64,000 nt of DNA. Source: Williopsis jadinii (taxonomy: Eukaryota). Location of the stretch: positions 2,666,001-2,730,000 of the forward strand of contig AP024664.1 in assembly GCA_024346625.1 (NCBI GenBank), read 5' to 3'. The translations under genes and the position numbers were made by a program. Under the pieces are notes generated by a model. That model did no database searches. It worked only from the letters and a program-made list of their open reading frames with translations, and had not been told where the DNA came from. Shown here one piece after another: positions 20,146 through 31,020 of the stretch (its first letter is position 1; each line of letters opens with the position of its first letter).

Positions 20146-21567
20146 CTATTCATTATCTTGCATTATTTCTAACAGTGTTGACGCATTCTTCAAGCCAGCA
20201 TCGGCTATTGTATCGTCCAACTTGTTGATGAGATTCTCCCTTTGACTTGTTAATGAGAAGAAGCCGTCTCCAATCTTGTCCTTGAACTCATACTTCACAA
20301 CTTGGTATAATTTCAGTACTTTGTCATCGATATTGAACCTCTTAACTATTCTAGAACCATCGCCTGTTCTTATCTGGATTCTTGTGGTTTCTGGTGATTG
20401 AGGAGGTTCCTCATAGTTCAGTGGTTCAATCTGCTTCACTTTCTCTTCCTCTGTAAGTTCTTTAGCTTCTGAAGCAGGCCTCGTAATTATACTTTCAGTC
20501 TCACCTTCTTGTTCATCGTCGATCACCAACGGGTTATCTTCATCTCCACCACTCAACATCTCCAGGTCGCTATCGTCCTCATCGCTTGATGCTGAGTCTC
20601 CCAACGATTGTTTGATAGCATACTCCATCTGCTTTTCCTCGGATAGAGTATTTGGATCTATATGCTGCTTGTGTTGGACTATTGGGTTCACCGAGTTTGG
20701 ATCCAATGAGAAGTCGTTCAGGAAATTGTAAACTTCATCACACCATTTTTGAACTTTTGGTACGCCAGACCACATCTTCATCCGTTCACCTGTAATTGGA
20801 TCCAATATGGCAATGTGTGGGTACTCCTTGAATGGATAAAAATTGATGTATTGCTCACCGCTTCTTGAATCACTGTGGTATTGTAGGAATACAAAATGTT
20901 CCCTGACAAGCTCTTTGACAGTGGTGCTCTTCCAGAAATCTCTATTCAAAGTCTGGCACAGGAAATCCGAAGGGTCTTGAATATTTATCAGAATCCACTT
21001 GGACTCTTGTCTGGCTTTCCTCTTTGCAGAATCCAAATCCAACTTCTCCATGATATCAAAAGGTGGTCTAAACAGCTTAGCCAGCCTCTTTTGGCCCTCA
21101 GTCATCCCACTGAACTCTTCATCTGAATCAATATCTGAATCATCTGAGTCAGCACCGTTTCCATAGCCACTGTCTCTTTGGTTGAATATGCCTCTGCGTT
21201 GGTTCCCATAGATCAGTTGGTCTGGGTTATTCAAAAGTGGGTTGAAACTCCCTCCAACACCGCCAAATGTACCGGGGAAGATGTTCAAATCATCAACCAG
21301 CCTCTCATGCCTAGCTTCATCAGGTGCTCTGGTATTGTCCTGATAGGCCTCATTCTGTAGTCTCTGTGCAAGAGCCTCGTCATCTTCACCAGAGCCAATG
21401 TTGCTCAAGTCATTATTCGTAGGGTTGCCGCCACCTGATGGCCCGTGTTCGTAGTATAGCGACACAGCAGTATCCATATTGTTCTGGGCCATCTCCAAGA
21501 AGTTTTGGGCCATTGAAGGGTCTTCACACCCGGTAACAGCCATAAATAAATCCACCTCCTCACTCAT
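20146..21567 (-). CDS. UBX5: UBA-UAS-UBX Cdc48 adaptor Ubx5
   Basis: N-terminal UBA-like, LFRPPF, LNRDFW UAS domain, C-terminal UBX; probable start MSEEVD at 21567. Confidence 0.88.
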   Translation of the reverse strand: MSEEVDLFMAVTGCEDPSMAQNFLEMAQNNMDTAVSLYYEHGPSGGGNPTNNDLSNIGSGEDDEALAQRLQNEAYQDNTRAPDEARHERLVDDLNIFPGTFGGVGGSFNPLLNNPDQLIYGNQRRGIFNQRDSGYGNGADSDDSDIDSDEEFSGMTEGQKRLAKLFRPPFDIMEKLDLDSAKRKARQESKWILINIQDPSDFLCQTLNRDFWKSTTVKELVREHFVFLQYHSDSRSGEQYINFYPFKEYPHIAILDPITGERMKMWSGVPKVQKWCDEVYNFLNDFSLDPNSVNPIVQHKQHIDPNTLSEEKQMEYAIKQSLGDSASSDEDDSDLEMLSGGDEDNPLVIDDEQEGETESIITRPASEAKELTEEEKVKQIEPLNYEEPPQSPETTRIQIRTGDGSRIVKRFNIDDKVLKLYQVVKYEFKDKIGDGFFSLTSQRENLINKLDDTIADAGLKNASTLLEIMQDNE

Positions 21568-22944
21568 ATCTCTGTCCTGGTATCGTAATCTCGCTGATGT
21601 CCCTCTATATGTATGCAAAAGAAGAATACGAGTCGGTGTGTATAAAGATCAATGGTGAATGTATGCTGTTTTGAGGGGCCCAACTCAGCAAAGGCGATGC
21701 GTTGCCATCACAGGATTGGGATGTCCGGATGTTTTAGATATTACGTAAGATTTAGTGGTGTGGCCCTAATAGTGGATGGCGCAATGTTTAGTAACCATAG
21801 CAACGTGAAACATATACTGGAGGCTGATGTTGTTGATGTTTATCTCAATTCAACCCTTTTATGGTCTAAAAGGCTGCTAAGAGTTGTGTCCAAGGTTTGT
21901 TTGGTGGGATGCTTGTGATCTTAGGTCTTTGTTTTCGTCTTTATTGGCAAATTTTGTATTTTTCAACTACGTTAGAATGTCCTATATTGGTAATTGTAGG
22001 GTCCCAAGCTATAAGTGTCAATTTCAACTTACACAGTCCATTACATGTGTAGTGAGCATTCAGACCCGATAGTGGTGCTCGAAGCTTGTGATGTAAGTGG
22101 ATTTAGAGGGAGCACGTTGGCTATTAAGAAATTGAATTGACTGCGAGATACACATGGGGACCAGTAATAGAGTACTCCGCAGAAATTCCCCGGGATGTAG
22201 AACACTGTAAGTAACAGTTATTGGTTAAACAGTCATATGAGGTGGATAATGGATGGTGTACAGCTATAAATGAATACTTATCCAATCTTCAGTAGCGATG
22301 TCATCCAGTTTCCACCTTTTGTTATACTTCCAAGTAAATCATAACATAATATACAGTTTCAAGTTCTGTAACTGGACATCCAATACAACGACTTGGTCTC
22401 TCAAGCGATAATTGGATCCACCACTTAGTAATTGGAAGGGAATTTGACGATCAATCCGAAGGGCTAGAGATTACTCTCATGAACAATGAGATAACGATTA
22501 GATGCCAAAGAATTGCTTGAATAGATATACTACCCTGTCTCTTGTGGTGGTTATAACCTAACAGGTTGACTTGGAAACAGTATGACCTAAATCTTTTGGT
22601 GGATCTCTGAAGTTTCCAATTTATTGCTGTTGAAGTGAATTGCATACTTTACAGGTTGCTGTGTCAATAAAATATGGACTGTATGGAGCTCCATTTACTA
22701 GCGCATCTTTTCACGTTCATTTACGGCAAATATACTATGCATTATTCTGGTCTGTATGGTATAGAGGCGTGGTGTTCTATCCTCTGAAGCTATTCACGTC
22801 ATGAATCCATCTCTGGCTACACTTTAGATTATCATTGGATACAGAGTGTATCTCGAAATTGTAAAAGTTGATACCTCTGGCCTATTTTATTGGTATGATA
22901 TTTCATCAAGGCCAACCCCAACGACTCAGCTCAATAAAAACAGG

Positions 22945-23760
22945 AAGAAGCAACTCTCTGTCCTCATTAACTTCGCTTTTGTCTCTACTGCTTCAGCGAA
23001 TAACATCATATTAACCAGTTTCATGGTTGGTTAGCCATTTGCATCAGAGCTACTTATAACGAACTCACCAAGGCTGACTACAACGTCTACTTGGTTGCGT
23101 CTGCTGAACAAATATCTGGGTGTGATGGTACTTTCAGATATTCATACACAGATACTCTCTTTCACAATGACTAATTTCACTACAAGAGAGTTGGTGGTCC
23201 AGCTTGAGAACATGATGAGTTTGATGATCACATTTGGTACTTCAACACTACCCTGCTTCTTATGTTGCGTTTGCCTCTGACTATTTGTGAACAACAAACT
23301 TTTCAAATACTAACATTGGTATTCTTGTCACCGTTCCAAATAAAGGCACTAGCACAGATACCTTGTCCACGCACGCTGACACCATTGGTGCCACTTATTA
23401 CTCTTTTTATAGAGGCGATCCAATGGTTATCTTCTCTGGTCCAAATACCAGCAACTCCTTCTACACTGTTTCCTTGAACGATGATCCAGTTGATCCACAG
23501 TTTATCCTCTCACGCATGACTGGACAAGACGTTGTGACTAGTAGCTCGGGCTATAACCAGACTAGTGGCTTATGCAGTTACGGCAATGTTTCTGCTCTTG
23601 GTGTTCAAACAGTGTACCATAGTGACACTTCACCACCATCAGAGAGCCCTGTTTGGGCCTGTGCGACAGTTTCTCTCCTGTATCGGTGTTCTCAGTTCAT
23701 TACACTTGCTGCGACAACACAGAGTCGATCCAGAGCCTTACTTGATGGAATCTGCGCTGA
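22945..23760 (+). pseudogene. Decayed secreted SurE-family (5'/3'-nucleotidase / acid phosphatase) gene
   Basis: Stitched frames read KQLSVLINFAFVSTASA-NNIILT/GW..IRATYNELTKADYNVYLVA..SG/GPA*EHDEFDDHIWYFN/TPASYVAFASDY/VPNKGT..TIGATYYSFYRG..IFSG; no start ATG, stops at 23172 and 23205, frameshifts, internal deletion; end approximate. Confidence 0.8.
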
Positions 23761-24313
23761 TCTCTCAACTTCTTCTTCTTCCTTCAGCGTTACGGATTCT
23801 CTCTATTTCGTATACAATTTGTTGTATAGCCACTCGTCACCAAACACCCTCCTTCCCAAACACACTGCTAAAATCACTCCCACTTTCTCTTCGTATAAAC
23901 ACAACACACAATCATCCACACTTCAATCAACCAGCTAACTGTCTTCATATCCGCAAGAGAGCCCACCCCATAAAAGACACAGACGCGGGACTCGGCGTAT
24001 GGATGCATAAACCGTGTCCCTACCATGTGTCCTCAGATGTCCCGCGTCACTGCTGGGATATGCAGTCGGGAAAAAGACCCTCGAGTCCAACGCAGGTAAA
24101 AGTCCCCGGATGACGTTATAACCTAAAACCTCACGCCCGCCCGCCTTTTCCGACGAAAAAAAAGGACTAGCCGTCACATGTGCATGGGTCTCGCCTTTTA
24201 AAAGCAACAAACAATACAGATACACCAGGACAAAGGAAGAAAACAAATAGAGAGTATCCATTCCAAACGATTGTAGACTAGCATATTCATGGTTCTATAT
24301 ACTGGGAGGACTC

Positions 24314-25930
24314 TCATTTTTCTTTGGCTGTAATTGCGTACGATTTCTCAGAGTCTGGAGACTGTAGACTAGGGTGTTGCTCGTGACGCATGTTGTAATC
24401 TGCTGATTGATTACCCACATCGTTGTTGTTATAGTACTGAGGTAGGACAGGCGGCATCTGTTGGTAGCCGAATGGAGGGGGCGGGCCCATGGGTATTGGC
24501 CCGTTCATGACGATCTGGTTCGGGTGAGGTGGCATAGGCGGTGGTGGATACGGTGGCATCAAGTAAGGGTTAAGCCCAGGTGGTACTGGTGGACCATCAC
24601 AGCCAACACCACCACCACCACCAGTTAGCTGAGATGGATTTGGACCGTTGCTGGGGTTCGCAGTTGAACTTGAGCTGAGGTCGGTTCCACTATGTGGCAT
24701 CCCCAGCATTACACCAGCCGGCACTGGGACCATTGGCATGTCCATCTGCGGTGGATAAGGTGGTGGGAAAATACTCGGTGGTGCCATTCCGGCGTACGAG
24801 TCCATATAGTAGTTCAAAGGTTGGTTTGATGGATATTGACCGTTCTGCGCTTGGATGAGCCCAGATTGTTGTTGTTGCAGAATCTGCTGAAACGTTGCCC
24901 CCGGTGACGAGCACATCAGAGTGCCAGGTATATAACTTGTGCCCTTGAATTCCAAATCGCTATTCACCAAGTCTGTCATCGTAGTTGGCCCTGTGGCCCC
25001 ATTCTTCTTTAATGGCTGTTCCATATAGAGATAATTTGCCTCGATTTTCTCCACCTTGACGTTGTTCTTTGATATTTCACACAGGTCGTTGTTGATCTCT
25101 TGTTGAGACGCATGTGATAGAAATGAGTTCAACTCTCTCCCCACGTAGTTATAATTCTTTCTCTTAAGATTAGGCGTCTCCACTATGATCGAAAGGTCCG
25201 ATTTTGACTTCTTCTCGCCAACTTTCCTCACTGAGCTTCTGTACCTGTTTTCCAACAGGTGAAGTTTCAAATTCTTATCAACATTATCGTAATCTCTCTG
25301 TAAACTGTACATGTTCTTGGCTATGAATTGTCTCTTCCGGTTTCGAAGATCAATACGATCTTTAATGCTCTGCCTCCATACCAGCTCCCTATTTCGGTGT
25401 GCGTCGTCTTCGATTTTCTTCGCCTGCAACTCGAATCTCTTCTTGATGGCACCTAAGGAATCGTCGAACGGTTTCAGAGCCTTGTTGAACGACTCTTCAA
25501 ATATAGGCACTTTCGGCAATACAGGCCATACCTCCAGCTCTGGCGGTGGCGACGAAGGCTCCGGTCTAAGTTTCCGCCTTTTCGCAATCTCGTTCGCAGA
25601 AGGCTCGGTGCTAAACTGCGCATGCAATTGAAGGGACTTGTTCAGCTCATCCTCAACAATCCGCTCAAAAGCCGCCGAGTCCTTGTGCAATTGCTGTTGT
25701 ATCGAGTCGATCCTCTCGACGTACGAGTGCAGCCTTTTCAGCTTTGAGTGGATCAGCTCCCGAGCAAACTGCTTATAATTCGACGATATCAGTCTCTGAG
25801 CAGAATCAATCTGCTTCAGGTCCATACCATCGATGGTGGACAGCTGCTCCTCCATCGGCTTATCCGCCAGCGACGACAGATCCATGGTCTGCGCTGAAGG
25901 ATGGACGTTCTCCTTCCCTTTGACAGACAT
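24314..25930 (-). CDS. Coiled-coil protein with Pro/Gln-rich C-terminus; weak resemblance to Sds3/Dep1-like HDAC-complex subunits
   Basis: 538-aa ORF; KQFARELIHSKLKRL, MYSLQRDY and QEINNDL resemble the Sds3-like pattern from memory; confidence refers to the gene, family call is tentative. Confidence 0.7.
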   Translation of the reverse strand: MSVKGKENVHPSAQTMDLSSLADKPMEEQLSTIDGMDLKQIDSAQRLISSNYKQFARELIHSKLKRLHSYVERIDSIQQQLHKDSAAFERIVEDELNKSLQLHAQFSTEPSANEIAKRRKLRPEPSSPPPELEVWPVLPKVPIFEESFNKALKPFDDSLGAIKKRFELQAKKIEDDAHRNRELVWRQSIKDRIDLRNRKRQFIAKNMYSLQRDYDNVDKNLKLHLLENRYRSSVRKVGEKKSKSDLSIIVETPNLKRKNYNYVGRELNSFLSHASQQEINNDLCEISKNNVKVEKIEANYLYMEQPLKKNGATGPTTMTDLVNSDLEFKGTSYIPGTLMCSSPGATFQQILQQQQSGLIQAQNGQYPSNQPLNYYMDSYAGMAPPSIFPPPYPPQMDMPMVPVPAGVMLGMPHSGTDLSSSSTANPSNGPNPSQLTGGGGGVGCDGPPVPPGLNPYLMPPYPPPPMPPHPNQIVMNGPIPMGPPPPFGYQQMPPVLPQYYNNNDVGNQSADYNMRHEQHPSLQSPDSEKSYAITAKEK

Positions 25931-26268
25931 CTCGCTTCCTCTCTTGAATCAGATATATATGTCTTCTCTGTTCACGCAGAGACGCTGGAGGAGAAACAGT
26001 GTGTGTGAAACGTAAATAACAAATTTGCATGCAAAAAAACCGAAACTTAACGAGTGGCCGTTTCGGTTTTGCAGACGACGACGCACAAGGCTTGAATTTT
26101 TTTTTGATGTGCGCACCAGCGAAGGAAAGGAGACTAAGGCCCAGAGGGAAAATTTTGTAAGTGTGAAGAGAGAAGGCATCGAGGGTTTTTTCGCATTTGT
26201 TGTTGTTTACTTTGTTGTTGTTTGCTCTGTTACTGTTGAAAAGAGAGCTGTTGGAACAGAACATTGTG

Positions 26269-26793
26269 ATGGAGAACTCCCAGGTTATAGAGCAGTTCCT
26301 CAAGTCCTTGGACACTGGCATACACAATTTGAAGCCGCAGGTTGAGAGGCTCATATCCAAGTCGTTTGAAGATCGGTGTAATGAGTGTTCTGGCGATGAT
26401 GCACTTGAGACCATCCGTGTAGGGAACACGTATGCTTATGTGATTGTGTCGCTCGGGTTTGCCTATCTGAAGTCGAAGGGTGTTGACACTGCGAGCCACC
26501 CGATCATGCAAGACCTTGAGCGTGTAAAGAGCTACATGAACAGAGAGAAGAGAGTGAAGGCCGGGGCAGATGATGCACAGAAAGAGGGTGCTAATAGCGG
26601 CGAAGCTGTGAAGAGGTTCATAAAGGGGGTATTGGGGAGTCCGGCCATAAGCGATGAGAACTTCAAGGGCAAGCACACGAGGTTTGAGGAGTCTGGAGAG
26701 GCTAAAGAACGGGAGGAGATTAGGAGGAAGGTTGTTGAAAAGAGCAAGACTAAAGGGAAGAGTAAGAAGGTGATGGGGAAAGTGAATAAGTAA
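26269..26793 (+). CDS. LRP1: Exosome cofactor Lrp1/Rrp47 (Sas10/C1D)
   Basis: YAYVIVSLGFAYLK..G...HPIMQDLERVKSYM; PAIS..NF.GKHTRF; ATG 26269. Confidence 0.9.
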   Translation: MENSQVIEQFLKSLDTGIHNLKPQVERLISKSFEDRCNECSGDDALETIRVGNTYAYVIVSLGFAYLKSKGVDTASHPIMQDLERVKSYMNREKRVKAGADDAQKEGANSGEAVKRFIKGVLGSPAISDENFKGKHTRFEESGEAKEREEIRRKVVEKSKTKGKSKKVMGKVNK

Positions 26794-26828
26794 TGATAAG
26801 TAATTGGTGATTTCGAAGTGTGGTGGTT

Positions 26829-26860
<32 letters not shown>
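26829..26860 (+). repeat. (GTA)n microsatellite, about 10 units
   Basis: GTAGTAGTA... run downstream of LRP1. Confidence 0.9.
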
Positions 26861-26861
<1 letters not shown>

Positions 26862-27073
26862 CGCAAATTCCGACCCATCGTCCCTCGTTTCTCATTTAAG
26901 CAGGTTGAACCCGCGGCCCCGCCCCCTTTTTAGCGGGGGCCGCATCTCTGTTAAAAGAGAGCAAATTCCGAAGCAGACGACTTCACAATTGGAAATGCCA
27001 AACCACAGCATCAACGTGAATAGATTTGCAACGGTTGTGATCGGTTAGAAAGAGACCGTGGAAGGTGGTGATA

Positions 27074-28282
27074 ATGTTCTTAGCTATCCGCCGGTTCTTC
27101 AACAGGAACAAACGGAGGTTTCTTATCACTTCTGGTGTCATCGCCGCTGTGTATTTAGGCCTTGGTTATCTAAAGAAGAGATTTGACGATTACCAGAGAC
27201 AGATTGCACAGGAGAGGATCCAAAGAGCAAGAATAAGGGACAAGTTTGAAAGAACCCAGGAGGATTGTTTAGTGACAGTTGGTGCTCTGTGTTCCGTTGT
27301 GAACCAAAGGATTCTGACTGAGATTCCTGTGGAGGACATAACCAGAGAACTGCAGGCAAGAAGAAAAGTTCAGACTGGTAAGGAAGGCTCATTGACGGGA
27401 AGCTCCATTGATGATTCTGTTGCAGGCGAGTCCTCTGCCACCGACGCTGGCGACACTGCCGGCGAGGTTGAACTCAAGACAAAGAGCCAGCTATGGGTTG
27501 AATTGAAGATCCTGTCAATAACAAGACTCTTGACGTTGATCTACACCGATGCATTGGTTGTGCTATTGACCAGGTTACAGTTGAACATTCTAGCAAGATC
27601 AGAGTACTTGGAGGATGCGATTGATCAGGCCTCGAAGAAGCATGGATTCCAGTTGAAGGACGCAGACTTGCTGAACGATGTAGATGATGTCAAGGATTAC
27701 ACCAGTGAGGAGGAATACCTCGCACTGAGTTGGTGGGTTTTGAACAGAGGCTGGGTTGCATTGAAACAGCTGATTCAGCAAGCTGTTGAGGACGTATTTG
27801 AAGAGATTAGCCCACGCTATGATCTCGATATCGAAGAGTTTGCCGTGCTGATCGGCAGAGTCTCCCAAGTGTTAAAACAAGGGTTGGACCTGGATAAGTT
27901 GCTATTGCCACCACCGGAACTGCAACAGTTTGTCATTAGAAGCGTCAACGACTCTGCACCTGTTGATGAAACTATGCCTCTGGAGAACAAAGCGGACAGT
28001 GGGAGCAACAACCTGGACCTCCTGGTGCAGGAGACACACGGCTATTTGAAAGCACCATCTTGCCAAATCGTATACGACAGTTTGGTATCCACTTCCTTGA
28101 ACCAAGTGCTGGCGCAGCTGGTGTCGAAGCACCAAGGCTCAACGGTTAAGCTCGCTATGGTTTTGGCCACAGTGACCAAATCGAGCCAGATGATGAAAGA
28201 CCCACTCGACATCGTGCAATCTATGGATCAGGTTGTCGAGCTTGATGAGCTAAGTGCATCTGTGTATTCGAACTTTGAATGA
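27074..28282 (+). CDS. PEX3: Peroxin Pex3
   Basis: Basic N-terminus plus TM, FERTQEDC, KSQLWVELKI, TRLQLNILAR, LSWWVLNRGW, LSASVYSNF. Confidence 0.93.
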   Translation: MFLAIRRFFNRNKRRFLITSGVIAAVYLGLGYLKKRFDDYQRQIAQERIQRARIRDKFERTQEDCLVTVGALCSVVNQRILTEIPVEDITRELQARRKVQTGKEGSLTGSSIDDSVAGESSATDAGDTAGEVELKTKSQLWVELKILSITRLLTLIYTDALVVLLTRLQLNILARSEYLEDAIDQASKKHGFQLKDADLLNDVDDVKDYTSEEEYLALSWWVLNRGWVALKQLIQQAVEDVFEEISPRYDLDIEEFAVLIGRVSQVLKQGLDLDKLLLPPPELQQFVIRSVNDSAPVDETMPLENKADSGSNNLDLLVQETHGYLKAPSCQIVYDSLVSTSLNQVLAQLVSKHQGSTVKLAMVLATVTKSSQMMKDPLDIVQSMDQVVELDELSASVYSNFE

Positions 28283-28539
28283 TTATAGGTAATTTCAGTA
28301 TATATGCTACCCCCATAGCTGCTCAGTAGCCATCCAACTACGTCCCGTTCCACCTAAGCAGGACCCGCCTAGCAGGGCCCGCCTAGCGGTCCCCCGCCCG
28401 CCCAGCGGCGAGCCACTTTCGCGGGCCCACACAGTCTGAAGGGATGTGGATTGCGGCAAATTTACACAGAGAACACACCTAGAACAGCACCTCCAGCACA
28501 CAACACACAGCCAAAAGCCTACAAGCCCGCCAGCAAACA

Positions 28540-29031
28540 ATGTCGATTTCCATCATCTCATCAGACGGAGAGCCTTTCAAAGTGGAGCGCAAAGTCGCAG
28601 AGCGCAGTGTCCTCATCAAGAACATGTTGGGGGACCTGGGCAACGACGATGACGACGACGACGAGAGCTTTGAGGTGCCAATTCCAAACGTTAGAGGCTC
28701 AGTGCTGCAGAAGATACTGGAGTGGTGTGAGCACCACAAGGACACAGCGTTCCCAGACGACGAGGACGACGACTCCAGAAAGAGCGCTCCAGTGGAGGAG
28801 TGGGATCGTGAGTTCCTCAGGGTCGACCAGGAGATGCTGTACGAGATCATCTTGGGCGCAAACTACCTGAACATCAGACCGCTGTTGGACGCCGGTTGCA
28901 AGGTTGTTGCTGAGATGATCAGGGGCAAGACACCTGAGGAGATCCGCAGAACGTTTAACATCGTCAACGACTTCTCCCCAGAGGAGGAGGCTGCGATCAA
29001 AAGAGAGAACGAGTGGGCTGAAGACCGTTGA
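28540..29031 (+). CDS. SKP1: SCF/CBF3 subunit Skp1
   Basis: Canonical Skp1 sequence ending RENEWAEDR. Confidence 0.98.
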   Translation: MSISIISSDGEPFKVERKVAERSVLIKNMLGDLGNDDDDDDESFEVPIPNVRGSVLQKILEWCEHHKDTAFPDDEDDDSRKSAPVEEWDREFLRVDQEMLYEIILGANYLNIRPLLDAGCKVVAEMIRGKTPEEIRRTFNIVNDFSPEEEAAIKRENEWAEDR

Positions 29032-29188
29032 GGCTTCCTACGTGTTTTCCCCCTTCTCCTGCCCGCAGTCGGAGTTTCTTGAGCGACGTGTTTTGTTTTG
29101 TTTTGTTTCACTCTATTCTGTTTTCATTTACATAAAAAAGAAGCTCTCTCTTTCTAATTCACAGATCTATTCGAAGACTCAGTAGACG

Positions 29189-30193
29189 ATGGTTCTCACG
29201 GATCAGATACCTTTGCCGTTCAGAGTAGTGCTGCTGATCTCGCTGATCTCGTGGTTCTGGTGCTTGGTGGTTGTTGTGTGTGAAAGACGCGGGATTCAGG
29301 TGAACAAGGTATTCAAGTTTGAAACCACAACTGCTGGCTACGGGAGATATGTCACGCTGAGTGGTGTCTCGTTGCTTGTGTTCTTGTTGTACAGCACCTT
29401 CCACAACTACGACGACGATTCGCTGTCGCCGTGGGATTTTATCCCTTTGCTGTTGATTCTATGGTGCGTCTATTACTTGGTTTCAACCTCGAAGAGATTG
29501 CGAACCACAGCTATCAGGGACATCAAGGGCGGTATCAACAGGGACATTAGAACCAACGACATTGTTTTTAGTGATACGCTGACCTCATGCTCGAAGATCC
29601 TCGTTGATTGTGCCATTTACGTGTGCCATCTTCTCAACGGAGTCACCTGTCTGCCGAAAAGCTCAGGTCCTAAATTGGACCGTCGCTGTGGTCAAAACTA
29701 CATGCTGGACTCGATTGTTGGTTCGCTGCCTAACCTCATTAGAATATCCCAGTGCCTCACTGAATGGCGTGTGACAAACGACTCCCAGCACATTGGTAAT
29801 TTCTTCAAATATTGCTCGAATTTGCCAATGGTTATGATAAACGTACTCATTCAGTACAACTATAGCTTGAACTCCATATGGGTCTTATTTGCAGTGGTGA
29901 ACTCTTGCTACACCTTCTATTGGGACCTGGTCAACGATTGGGCCCTATTTAAGAGACAAAGAAGGTTCCTCTATCCAAAGAAACTGTACCTCGTGGTTGT
30001 GCTGTATGATCTGTTTGGAAGATTCATTTGGATTGCCAAATTCTTCAAGAACGATATCCTCTTCCATACTGAAAACGGTTGGTTCTACTTGGAACTCATC
30101 GAACTGTTCAGAAGATGGCTTTGGATTTTGGTCAAGTTAGAGGTGGATTACATTACAATGGAGAAGGACTTTGGTTCCGGTATACCGTTGTAA
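29189..30193 (+). CDS. ERD1: EXS-domain membrane protein Erd1
   Basis: SDTLTS..K, P.LIR..QCL, YTFYWD...DW, ELFRRWLW EXS motifs; next to RRP17. Confidence 0.85.
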   Translation: MVLTDQIPLPFRVVLLISLISWFWCLVVVVCERRGIQVNKVFKFETTTAGYGRYVTLSGVSLLVFLLYSTFHNYDDDSLSPWDFIPLLLILWCVYYLVSTSKRLRTTAIRDIKGGINRDIRTNDIVFSDTLTSCSKILVDCAIYVCHLLNGVTCLPKSSGPKLDRRCGQNYMLDSIVGSLPNLIRISQCLTEWRVTNDSQHIGNFFKYCSNLPMVMINVLIQYNYSLNSIWVLFAVVNSCYTFYWDLVNDWALFKRQRRFLYPKKLYLVVVLYDLFGRFIWIAKFFKNDILFHTENGWFYLELIELFRRWLWILVKLEVDYITMEKDFGSGIPL

Positions 30194-30263
30194 CGCTAAT
30201 TCTTATAGATAGTCAGATAGAACACATATAGAGTCATTGTATATATGAGAACCCATCTCCCAT

Positions 30264-30941
30264 CTATTTCCTTCTCTTGTTAGAAATGGCCTTTCTTCTA
30301 TTGTCTCTTCTCTCAACCTTACTCAAGTATCTAAACTTCTTCTTCTTGGTCTTTGGTCTTTCTGCCCCTGCAATAACGGCATACTTCTGGGCTCTGTCTA
30401 TACTCTCCTCCAGTATCTTTTTGGATTTGGCTAGATTGACATAGTTCAATCTGGCGACATCATCGGTTTCCATCTCCTCTATCACAACTTCAGTACCGTC
30501 TTCACCATACAGCTCTTTCTTCTTGAGAATGCCCTTTGGCTTGTCGTCGTCGTTGTCGGCGAACCCGGACCACTCTTCACATTCCTCGTCTTCATCAGCT
30601 TCCTCTGCCTCCTTGTCCTCATTTGGAGATGGCTCCTCATCATCGCTGATGCCGCCATTCATTATCCTCATCTGCTCCTTGTACTTCTCCATCTGTTCCA
30701 ACAGCTCCTTTTCCCTCTCAAGCTTGGCCTGCTTTCTCTCCTCAATCTTGGCCTGTCTGTCCTGCTCCTTATGGAACAGTTGTGCCTTCTTCTGACGCTC
30801 CAGCTTTCTCTTGTGGAACCCAGTGAGGTACTCCTCTCTGGAGCCCTTATCAAAGACAACCTCTTCAACCAAGTGCTTCTTCGCCTTGTTATTCGTATAC
30901 TTCTTACCTCCAGTAAGAATCTCCCTGTTGGTTCTCGCCAT
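30264..30941 (-). CDS. RRP17: rRNA-processing protein Rrp17 (Nop25)
   Basis: REEYLTGFHKRKLERQKKAQ; KKKKFRYLSK.ER. Confidence 0.93.
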   Translation of the reverse strand: MARTNREILTGGKKYTNNKAKKHLVEEVVFDKGSREEYLTGFHKRKLERQKKAQLFHKEQDRQAKIEERKQAKLEREKELLEQMEKYKEQMRIMNGGISDDEEPSPNEDKEAEEADEDEECEEWSGFADNDDDKPKGILKKKELYGEDGTEVVIEEMETDDVARLNYVNLAKSKKILEESIDRAQKYAVIAGAERPKTKKKKFRYLSKVERRDNRRKAISNKRRK

Positions 30942-31020
30942 CGTCGTAGATCTCTTCCGATTTGCTAGGCAGGCGGCTCTAGTTGGCTGTGATCAATACC
31001 CTCAGAAGGCATCTTGAGAA

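Noticed and set aside
23308..23314. TACTAAC suggesting introns could repair the SurE gene
   Set aside because: It lies in homologous coding sequence, and the lesions are spread across conserved motifs that splicing could not rescue
24098..24109. AAAGTCCCCGG as RNase MRP CR-I
   Set aside because: No complementary CR-V/P4 strand downstream
23363..24113. 191-aa and 182-aa ORFs as intact genes
   Set aside because: Non-ATG starts; the first is a pseudogene fragment reading into unrelated sequence and the second is its shadow frame
26230..26895. Long antisense ORFs (this 221-aa one, also 49563-50141, 50946-51497, 59599-60261)
   Set aside because: Shadows of real genes on the opposite strand, with no motifs
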